From positions 1 to 64,000 of the forward strand of contig JAVJSW010000001.1 in assembly GCA_040219255.1 (NCBI GenBank): a stretch of 64,000 nt of DNA, read 5' to 3'. A model generated the notes under the pieces. The model searched no databases, was not told where the DNA came from, and saw only the letters and a program-made list of their open reading frames with translations. Source of the DNA: Sumerlaeia bacterium (GTDB lineage: Bacteria > Sumerlaeota > Sumerlaeia > SLMS01 > JAHLLQ01). A program made the position numbers and the translations under genes. This document shows, in pieces, positions 38,954-47,166 of the stretch. Every line of letters begins with the position of its first letter. Within the stretch, counting starts at the first letter, position 1.

Positions 38954-41380
38954 GGCGCGCGTCGTCACCATGCGGTGCATGTCCATACCCAGCGCCCGCT
39001 CTGGCAACCCCGCCATCGTCATCAGGACGCGCTCCGGCGTCACTGGCAACTCATCGGAGCGATGGCCGGTGGCGTGGGCGATGGCATTGGCCAGGGCCGA
39101 CGCGGCGGGGATCAGGCTCGGTTCGCCGATGCCCTTGATGCCGAAGGGCCCGGCGGGCGTGGGGTCCTCGATCAGCTTGATGTGGATCTTCGGGGCGTCC
39201 AGGGCGCTCGGTATCAGGTAGTCCGTAAAGCCCGGGTTGCGGCACTTGCCGCGGTCGAGAATCAAGTGCTCCATCACGCCCCAGCCCATGCCCTGGACCA
39301 CGCCGCCTTCGATCTGGCCCTCGACCATGTTGGGGTTGATGGCGCGGCCGACGTCGTGGGCGCAGAAGAAATTCTTCACCTGGATGGCGCCGGTGGCGGC
39401 GTTGATTTCGACGTCGGCGATCTGCGTGGCGTAGGCGAAACTGTGATAGGCGATGCCCTGGCCGGTGGCCTTGTCCCAGGGCTGATCGGGCACGGCGTAC
39501 CAGCCCACCTCCGTCAGATTCTCGCGCATGGCGTAGCAACTCTTCACGGCGTCGATGTAATCGAGAAGCGCCTTGCCCGATTCCACGTCCACGATCCTGC
39601 CGTCGTGCAGGTCCAGGCTCTCCACGTCGCGGCGCAGATCCTCGGCCACGCGGTTGAGGAGAGTGCGGCGGAGCTTGCCTGCGGCGTCGATCAGCGGGAA
39701 GCCGCTCATGATGGTGGCGCGGCTGGCCACCGTGGGGCCGCTGTCGGGGACCATGGCGGTGTCGATCTGGTTGCAGAAGACGCGTTCGCTGGGGACGCCG
39801 AGGGCTTCGGCGGCCATCTGGCAGGCGGCCGTCAGAAGGCCCTGGCCCATCTCCGTCAGGCCGATGGCGATGGCGACGCTGCCGTCCTCGAAAATCCGCA
39901 TGTGGGCGCCGGAGCGATTGATGTACTGGCCCCCCGCGTGCAGGTTCACGCCATAGATGATGGTGGCCATGCCGAGCCCCTTAAGGAACAAGGGCTTGCT
40001 GGCGTTGTGGCGGTCGTACTCGGCGCGGCGTTCGGCCCAATTCGCCATGTCCACCGCCGTCTCGATGGTTTCCAGGCAGGGGACGCGGCCGGTCAGCTCC
40101 TGACCGGAAGCCATCGTGTCGCCGGGGCGCAGGGCGTTCTTGCGGCGGACCTCGGCCGGGTCCATGCCCAGCTCGGCGGCGAGTTCGTCGATGATGCTCT
40201 CGTGGCAGAACGTGACCTGGGGCGCCCCGAACCCGCGGAAAGCCCCGCCGAACAGGTTGTTCGTGTAAACGCAGTACGTATCGACGTGGATGTTGGGGAC
40301 GCTGTAGGGCCCGATGCAGGAGATGTTGGCGCGGTCCGCGACGATCTGGCTGAGCCCCGCGTAGGCGCCGACGTCGGCGAGGACCTTGTTCTGCACCGCT
40401 TTAATCATGCCGTCCCGGGAGGCGCCGATCTTGACGTAAGTCGAATAGCGGTGGCGCTTCGAGGACCATTCGACGTCCTCTTCACGCTCGTAGATGAGCT
40501 TGATCGGCTTGCCCGTCGCCCAGGCCAGCAGCGCGGCACAGCAGGCCGGTTCCGTCGGGTAATCTTCCTTGCCGCCAAAGGCCCCGCCGGTGGCGCTTTG
40601 CAGCACCCGCACCAGGTGCGCGGGCACGCCGAGCACCTGGCGTACGCCGTTCTGCACGTAGAACGGGCACTGGCACGAGCTGTGGAGCGTCATCTGGCCC
40701 GCGTGGCCCGGAACGGCCACCACGCCCTGGGGCTCGAGGTAGGCGTGCTCCTGGTAATTGACCTGATAGTGGCGTTCCAGGACGACGTCGCTTTCCGCCC
40801 ATCCGGCGTCCATGTCGCCGGTGATCACGTGCATCGTGTCCAGGATGTTGCCATGGTCGTGGATTTTGGGGGCTTCGGGAGCGAGGCCTTCCTCGGGGCT
40901 GAAAACGCCGGGCAGTTCGTCGTACTCGACCTTGATCAGGGCGGCGGCCTGGCGCGCGGCCTTCAGCGACCGGGCGGCCACGAGGGCGATGCGCTCGCCG
41001 TGCCAGCGAACCTTTTTCTCCGCCAGGAGCGGCTGATCCTTGATGATGATGCCGACCTGGTTGTCGCCGGGGATGTCCTTGGCCAGGAGGATCGCTTCGA
41101 CGCCCGGGACCTGCATGGCGGCGGCGGTGTCGATGGATTTGATGAAGCCGTGGGGGATGTCGCTACAGCGGATGTGACCATGCAGCATGCCGGTGAAGTG
41201 GAGGTCGTCGGCGTACTGGGTCTGGCCTGTGACTTTGCCCCGGGCGTCCACGCGCAGCGGGCTTTGGCCGACGCTCGCGAAGCCCTGCGCCGGCGGTGCG
41301 GTGGCGGGAAGGTCCCTCGTTTCCGCCTTCGCCTCGCGCGCGGGATTCGGAGCCAAACCGGGGGAAGACGTGGGCGCCAT
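38942..41380 (-). CDS. Xanthine dehydrogenase family molybdopterin-binding subunit
   Basis: KVTG...Y.DD, QEHAYLEP, GGAFGGK, AFRGFGAPQ, EMGQG, VASR, GQIEGG, KGIGEP. Confidence 0.93.
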   Translation of the reverse strand: MAPTSSPGLAPNPAREAKAETRDLPATAPPAQGFASVGQSPLRVDARGKVTGQTQYADDLHFTGMLHGHIRCSDIPHGFIKSIDTAAAMQVPGVEAILLAKDIPGDNQVGIIIKDQPLLAEKKVRWHGERIALVAARSLKAARQAAALIKVEYDELPGVFSPEEGLAPEAPKIHDHGNILDTMHVITGDMDAGWAESDVVLERHYQVNYQEHAYLEPQGVVAVPGHAGQMTLHSSCQCPFYVQNGVRQVLGVPAHLVRVLQSATGGAFGGKEDYPTEPACCAALLAWATGKPIKLIYEREEDVEWSSKRHRYSTYVKIGASRDGMIKAVQNKVLADVGAYAGLSQIVADRANISCIGPYSVPNIHVDTYCVYTNNLFGGAFRGFGAPQVTFCHESIIDELAAELGMDPAEVRRKNALRPGDTMASGQELTGRVPCLETIETAVDMANWAERRAEYDRHNASKPLFLKGLGMATIIYGVNLHAGGQYINRSGAHMRIFEDGSVAIAIGLTEMGQGLLTAACQMAAEALGVPSERVFCNQIDTAMVPDSGPTVASRATIMSGFPLIDAAGKLRRTLLNRVAEDLRRDVESLDLHDGRIVDVESGKALLDYIDAVKSCYAMRENLTEVGWYAVPDQPWDKATGQGIAYHSFAYATQIADVEINAATGAIQVKNFFCAHDVGRAINPNMVEGQIEGGVVQGMGWGVMEHLILDRGKCRNPGFTDYLIPSALDAPKIHIKLIEDPTPAGPFGIKGIGEPSLIPAASALANAIAHATGHRSDELPVTPERVLMTMAGLPERALGMDMHRMVTTRASAL

Positions 41381-41514
41381 GAACTGCGGGTCCTTGTGCG
41401 TGCGGGGATCGGCCGAGTTTCCGGCCAGACATTCAACGGAGCAGGCTAGGAAGGCCGCCCCCACCCGTCAACGGAGAAGGGCTTTTGAAGCGTTCCCACT
41501 CGCGAGCGAACCGC

Positions 41515-43026
41515 CTATTCGACCTTCGTGGACACCGAGATGGCCAGTTCGTGGATTTTGTTGAAGAGCGTTTTGTAGGACACGCCGAGTTGCTTGGCGG
41601 CTTCCGCTTTGTTACCGCCGCAAACCTTGAGGGCGCGGATGACGGCGCCGCGCTGGGCGTCGGCGGCGACGTCGCTCAGGTTGCGCACGGCTTCGTCTTC
41701 CGTGCCGAGGTTCACGATCATCTGGTGCTCGCCAATGATGGGACCAAAGGAGCTGGGAGCGCCGCCGGGGACTTCGGACTTTTTCATGCCCACGGCGCGC
41801 ATCGGGGAAATCAGGGCCGCCGGTTCCTGCATGACGATGGCCTGCTCCACGGCGTTTTGCAGTTCCCGGATGTTGCCGGCCCAGGGCCGTTGAGACGCCG
41901 CCTGGATCAATTCAGTGGCGAATTCCGGCTCCGGCATGCGGTGTTTCGCGGCGAAGCGCCGGGCGAAGTGCTGGATCAGGCGCGGGATGTCGGACTGGCG
42001 TTCGCGCAGGGGCGGCAGGTGAATCGGAATCACGTTGAGGCGATAATAGAGGTCCTCGCGGAAGGAACCCTCCTCGATGGCCTTCTTCAAGTCGCGGTTC
42101 GTGGCGGCGATGATGCGCACGTCGGTCTTGATCTGCTTGTCGCCGCCGACGCGCTGGAAGGTTTGGTCTTGCAGGACGCGCAGGAACTTGACCTGGAGGT
42201 CGAGGGGCATTTCGCCGATTTCGTCGAGGAACAGGGTTCCGCCGCTGGCCAGCTCGAACTTGCCTTTCTGCAAGGCGTGGGCGCCGGTGAAAGCGCCGCG
42301 TTCGTGGCCGAAGAATTCGCTCTCCAGCAGATTTTCCGGCAGCGCCCCGCAATTCACCGCCACGAAGGGCTGATCGCGGCGGTCGCCGTTGTAGTGGATC
42401 GCTTGGGCCACCAGTTCCTTGCCGGTGCCCGATTCGCCGGTAATCAGGGCGCTGGTCTTCAGGCTCGCGATGCGGCGGATGATGTCGAAAATATCGGTCA
42501 GGCTGTCGTCGTTGCCGATGATGGGCAGGGGTTTGTTGTCTGGCCCGAGGAAGATGTGGTCGGGCTGCTGGGGCAGGAGGACGGGGTTACTGAGTTCGGC
42601 GCGGGTCAGCAGGTCGCGGCTCTCGTGGGCGCGGCGGACAGCGCTGCGGATGCGTTTGTTGTCGAAGGGCTTGACCACGAAATCGGTGGCGCCGGCGCGC
42701 ATGGCCTTCACCGCGGCGTCGATGGTGCCATAGGCCGTCATGATGATGACGGCGGTGCGGACGTCGCGCTTGCGGAGCTGCTCGATGACCTGGAAGCCAT
42801 CCATCCCCGGCATGGAGAGGTCGAGGACGGTGACCGGCAGGGGCACCTCCGCCTCCTCGTGGGCGCGCAGCGCTTCCTCGCCGTTGCTGGCGGTGAGGAC
42901 CTGCCAGCCATCGTCCTCGAGGACGTCGGTGAGAAGCTGGCGCAGGTTTTTCTCGTCGTCGCAGACCAGGACGCGGCGAACGTCGGCGGCGGTTTCGGCG
43001 GGGGCAACGGGGGCGGCGGAAGTCAT
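41515..43026 (-). CDS. Sigma54-dependent response regulator (NtrC/AtoC type)
   Basis: REC domain (CDDE, D.SMPGMDG, KP); GESGTGKE, GAFTGA, GNIREL; HTH. Confidence 0.95.
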   Translation of the reverse strand: MTSAAPVAPAETAADVRRVLVCDDEKNLRQLLTDVLEDDGWQVLTASNGEEALRAHEEAEVPLPVTVLDLSMPGMDGFQVIEQLRKRDVRTAVIIMTAYGTIDAAVKAMRAGATDFVVKPFDNKRIRSAVRRAHESRDLLTRAELSNPVLLPQQPDHIFLGPDNKPLPIIGNDDSLTDIFDIIRRIASLKTSALITGESGTGKELVAQAIHYNGDRRDQPFVAVNCGALPENLLESEFFGHERGAFTGAHALQKGKFELASGGTLFLDEIGEMPLDLQVKFLRVLQDQTFQRVGGDKQIKTDVRIIAATNRDLKKAIEEGSFREDLYYRLNVIPIHLPPLRERQSDIPRLIQHFARRFAAKHRMPEPEFATELIQAASQRPWAGNIRELQNAVEQAIVMQEPAALISPMRAVGMKKSEVPGGAPSSFGPIIGEHQMIVNLGTEDEAVRNLSDVAADAQRGAVIRALKVCGGNKAEAAKQLGVSYKTLFNKIHELAISVSTKVE

Positions 43027-43341
43027 GGCGGAGGCCTTTTATTCAGAGGTGGCTTTTTGAGGAAATCCGTGAGGAAGCATAAGCGTTAAACGCTGGAAGG
43101 CCACGTCTCATTGCATTTCTAGAAAAAAATTCTTGGCCACGCGAGGGGTTTGACGGAGGTGGTGGGTAATTTTTTACAGGGGTGGGGAGGAAAAATCCAG
43201 GGGCAACCGAGAGGCGTAATCCGCCCTGGAACCATACTCCACGGACCCCTCCAGAATTCGTGGCGGAGACACATTTGTCTTGTCAGGAGCGGATCGTGAG
43301 GGAGGTTTAGCACATCTCAAGATCCAACTATTTTCGGACAA

Positions 43342-45129
43342 TTGCTGATGAATTCCAAAATTCTCTCCTGCGCTCTGTCGAGCGCACTGCTGATTCCTTC
43401 TTGCCTAATGGCCCAATGGCCCGGCTTCGCGACCCGGGTTCTCTATTCCACAGCCAACGATCCCACGGATATCGTGACGGCCGATTTCGATGGTGATGGA
43501 ATCCTGGATATCGCGACGGCCGACGCCGCGCTGTCGAATGTGAGCGTACGACTCGGCGATGGAGACGGGACCTTTGGGGGCCGCGCGAACTTTGCCACCA
43601 TCAACCTGCCGGTCTCGATATTCGCCGCCGATTTGGACGGGGATGACATCCTCGATCTGGTCACCGCCAACAACTCACAGGACGTTCTGTGCATCCTGAT
43701 CGGCAACGGCGATGGCACATTCCAGTCCTATTATACGGTGGCCACGGGGAATCTGGCGGCCGATGTGCAGGCTGGCGATTTCGACGGCGACCTGGTGATG
43801 GATCTGGCAATCGTCAATCAAACCGACAACGACATTTCCATCCGGCTCGGCAATGGTGACGGGACCTTCGGCGCAGCCACAGACTATGCGACCCAGACAA
43901 CACCGAGGCGGCTTTTCATCGCCGAACTGAGCGGCGACTCTGACCTGGATATCGCGGTTTCCAACGAAGTCGGAGACAGCGTGTCCGTCTTCATCGGCAA
44001 TGGCGATGGAACCTTCGCGAACGCCGTGAACTATTCCACCGGCAACCGCCCCTGGAATGTGCACGCGGCCGATCTGAATGGCGACGGCTTGCGGGACTTG
44101 ATCCTGCCACTGGTCGATCCCGACACCGTTTCTATCCTGCTGAACAATGGCGGCGGTGTCTTCGGAGCACCGACGACTTACTCCACCGGCAATGGTCCAC
44201 AGGGCGTTGACGCGGCGGACTTTGACGGCGATGGCAATTTGGACGTGGCGGTGGCGGTCGGCAGCGCCTCGTCGGTGTCGGTGCTCCTGGGCAACGGCAA
44301 CGGAACGTTGCAGGCCGCGCAGACCTTCGCCTCCGGAGCCTCCGGGCCACAGAACCTGGCGGTTGGCGATTTCGACGCCGATGGCTCAATCGATTTGGCT
44401 TCGGCCAATTCAGGCTTTGCCGATACATTTTCGATCTACATCAACCTGGCCGAGCCCAGCCTGGATTACTCGCCAGCTTCTCTCGCATTTGGTGGGATTG
44501 AACTCGGCACCGGACCCAGCACCGAGACCATGGTTCTGACCAATGATGGCTCGGCGCTGCTCATCACGACAGCGACCTTGACCAACGATGGCGGGGGCGT
44601 TTTCGCGCTGAGCGAGGTTCCCGTGTCTCCACTGACGGCGGGGTCCACCACCACTCTGGCAGTCACTTTCGACCCCGATGGTCTCACCACCTACACGGGG
44701 CAAGTGACCCTGGAAACGAATCTCGCGAGCAGCCCGACGATCACGTTGGCGATCTCTGGCGAGGGCATCGACACGATGCCTCCGAGTACTCAAATCACAG
44801 GGCCTTCTTCCGGCACCCTGACCCAGCCTTCGCCCACCTTCGATGTCACCTGGACCGGTGACGACACGCCCGGCGGCAGTGGTCTGGCGACGGTAGAGCT
44901 GTTCTATAACTTCAGCGCCGCCAAGGGTGCGCCGCTCACCAGCTATGGCGTCTTCGCCAGTTCCCCGATCGTTTTCGACACCGGCACCACCGGCGGCGAC
45001 GGCACCTACGAACTCTTCCTGGCGGGGACAGACGCCGCCGGAAACACGGAGCCGGTGACGGCCTCGGCGGAAGTGATCGTCACCTTCAACGATACGAGCG
45101 GCGTGGGCGGCTGGGACCAGTTGGAGTAA
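43342..45129 (+). CDS. Secreted FG-GAP/VCBS-repeat protein with Ig-like domains
   Basis: Signal peptide; about 7 ADFDGDG..DL...N repeats; Thr-rich Ig-like modules; ends SGVGGWDQLE. Confidence 0.9.
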   Translation: MLMNSKILSCALSSALLIPSCLMAQWPGFATRVLYSTANDPTDIVTADFDGDGILDIATADAALSNVSVRLGDGDGTFGGRANFATINLPVSIFAADLDGDDILDLVTANNSQDVLCILIGNGDGTFQSYYTVATGNLAADVQAGDFDGDLVMDLAIVNQTDNDISIRLGNGDGTFGAATDYATQTTPRRLFIAELSGDSDLDIAVSNEVGDSVSVFIGNGDGTFANAVNYSTGNRPWNVHAADLNGDGLRDLILPLVDPDTVSILLNNGGGVFGAPTTYSTGNGPQGVDAADFDGDGNLDVAVAVGSASSVSVLLGNGNGTLQAAQTFASGASGPQNLAVGDFDADGSIDLASANSGFADTFSIYINLAEPSLDYSPASLAFGGIELGTGPSTETMVLTNDGSALLITTATLTNDGGGVFALSEVPVSPLTAGSTTTLAVTFDPDGLTTYTGQVTLETNLASSPTITLAISGEGIDTMPPSTQITGPSSGTLTQPSPTFDVTWTGDDTPGGSGLATVELFYNFSAAKGAPLTSYGVFASSPIVFDTGTTGGDGTYELFLAGTDAAGNTEPVTASAEVIVTFNDTSGVGGWDQLE

Positions 45130-45289
45130 ATCGGATCGCGTCCAATGTCCGAACATTTTTGATGCCTCGCGAGGGCGCTGCTTGCGCCGCGGGGGCGAGG
45201 AGGCGTAAGTGGCTGACTCTCTCGCTGCGGCTTGCTCCTGGGGGCATGCGCGCGGCGTTGTACCTGTGACTTAGAAGGAACCTCTCTCC

Positions 45290-46237
45290 ATGCCTGATTT
45301 GATCTCAATCGCGGATTTGACCCGTTCGGACGCGGAGGACCTGTTGAAATTGGCCGCGAAGCTCAAGGCCGAGTGGCACGCGAGCCTGTCGGCCAACAAG
45401 GCTCAGAAGCCCCACCTGGCGGGCAAGACTCTCGCCATGATTTTCGAAAAGCCCAGCCTGCGGACCCGCTGCTCGTTCGAAGCCGGCATGTTCCAGCTCG
45501 GCGGCACGGCCATTAACCTCAACGCCAGCGAAGTCGGCCGCCTCGGCGAGCGCGAGTCCATCAGCGACACGGCGCGCAACCTGTCGCGCTGGGTCCAGAT
45601 CATCCAGGCCCGCGTCTTCGCCCACAAGAGCGTCGAAGAGCTGGCCGAGTGGTCCGACGCGCCGGTCATCAACGGCCTCTCGGATTTCGAGCACCCGACC
45701 CAGATCATGGCCGATTACCTGACCATCCGCGAGCACCGGGCGAATTTCACCGACGGCCTGCGCCTGGCCTGGGTCGGCGACGGCAACAACGTGGCCCACT
45801 CGCTGATGATGATGGCGTGCATTTTTGGCCACGAAATGCACCTGGCCGTACCGGCGGGCTACGACCCGGCGGACCGCGCCTGGAGCCTGTGCGAGAAGCT
45901 GAACCCGAAAGCCCGCGACCTGATCCGCGTCTTCCGCGATCCCAAGGAAGCGGTCAAGGGCGCCCACGTCCTCTACACCGACGTGTGGGCCTCGATGGGC
46001 CAGGAAGCGGAGAAGGAAAAGCGCGCCAAAGCCTTCGAGGGCTTCCAGATCAACGACGCCCTCCTCGACCTCGCCGAGCCCGGCGCCTTCGCCATGCACG
46101 ACCTGCCCGCCAAGCGCGGCCTGGAAATCACCGACGAAGTCATCGACGGCGACCGCAATGCGATCTTCGATCAGGCGGAAAACCGCATGCACACGATCAA
46201 AGCGGCGCTGTGCTGGTGCCTCGGGCTGGGGGGCTGA
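45290..46237 (+). CDS. argF: Ornithine carbamoyltransferase
   Basis: FEKPSLRT, HPTQ, GDGNNV, YTDVWASMG, HDLP (canonically HCLP), QAENR. Confidence 0.95.
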   Translation: MPDLISIADLTRSDAEDLLKLAAKLKAEWHASLSANKAQKPHLAGKTLAMIFEKPSLRTRCSFEAGMFQLGGTAINLNASEVGRLGERESISDTARNLSRWVQIIQARVFAHKSVEELAEWSDAPVINGLSDFEHPTQIMADYLTIREHRANFTDGLRLAWVGDGNNVAHSLMMMACIFGHEMHLAVPAGYDPADRAWSLCEKLNPKARDLIRVFRDPKEAVKGAHVLYTDVWASMGQEAEKEKRAKAFEGFQINDALLDLAEPGAFAMHDLPAKRGLEITDEVIDGDRNAIFDQAENRMHTIKAALCWCLGLGG

Positions 46238-46253
46238 GGCGACTCTTCCGCAA

Positions 46254-46284
46254 AGAATCACCACGGAGACGCGGAGGCACGGAG
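46254..46284 (+). repeat. CACCACGGAG-family dispersed repeat
   Basis: agaatcaccacggagacgcggaggcacggag, starting about 17 bp after the argF stop. Confidence 0.85.
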
Positions 46285-46361
46285 AAGCTTCCCGCAAGAG
46301 AGGTGGCGCAAGACCGCTTCCGCTGTGTTCAAGGATTGCCTTGCCGGGGCGCCTTCTCGGC

Positions 46362-46970
46362 CTATGGCGTTGCGGCGGCGAGGGCGGAGTCGAGATCGGG
46401 ATACGGAGCCAGGACCTCGCCGCTGGCGAAGGTGATGCGTTCGACTTCGCAACAGACCGTGAATTCGTCTGGGTTCAGCCGGGTGAAGTCTTCGAATGGA
46501 ATGGGGTCTTGCAGTCCGCTGTAGGGAAACGAGAAGTGGATCGGTTCTCCCACCGGAAAAGGCCGCAGGACTTCGTGGTAAGCAAGCGGGCGCCCGGTGA
46601 AATCGAACACCATCGTGGGGCTGTTCGGATCGGATGAACTCAGAAGGAACCGGCCGCTGATTTCCCGAATGGGTTCCTTGCTCCCATTTCTCAATTCCAC
46701 TGTGATGTAAAGATTGTCGCCCGGGGGATTGAGTCCCCGGAGTTGGGTCATTTCTTCAACTGCCGTAACGCGGGCGCTGACCAGCGCGGCGAGGAACGCG
46801 CGTCGCCGGGCGTTGATCTTCTCGAGGGAAGGGACAGCGGCTTGCGAGGCGGGGGCTTCGCCTACGGCGGTAGGAGCGGGTGGAGGGCTCTGCTTTGCGA
46901 GCACAATAAAAACCACGGATGCACCGAGGGCAGTAGACACGGCGAAAAGAGCGGCAAGACGTCGTTTCAT
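46362..46970 (-). CDS. Hypothetical N-terminally anchored/exported protein
   Basis: MKRR plus a hydrophobic segment; beta-rich domain; GGGAGG SD. Confidence 0.7.
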   Translation of the reverse strand: MKRRLAALFAVSTALGASVVFIVLAKQSPPPAPTAVGEAPASQAAVPSLEKINARRRAFLAALVSARVTAVEEMTQLRGLNPPGDNLYITVELRNGSKEPIREISGRFLLSSSDPNSPTMVFDFTGRPLAYHEVLRPFPVGEPIHFSFPYSGLQDPIPFEDFTRLNPDEFTVCCEVERITFASGEVLAPYPDLDSALAAATP

Positions 46971-47166
46971 GGTTGGCCCTCCCGTAGATGAGCAGGAGAA
47001 TGGAGGGTGAACCAGTGGTGCTGGGCCGTCAATCCGATCCGGGCTGACGCGGAAGGCGGATCGGTGGCGGGCATTTTCCGCGTGACCCTGCCGCCGGGCG
47101 CGTGACAGGACTTCGGCGCATTTTCTTGGCGCCCGGCCCGAACCGAGGGCTGGCGGGGAGTTTTGG

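Noticed and set aside
46090-46110. HDLP instead of HCLP in ArgF
   Set aside because: A single substitution; all other OTCase motifs, including SMG, are intact.
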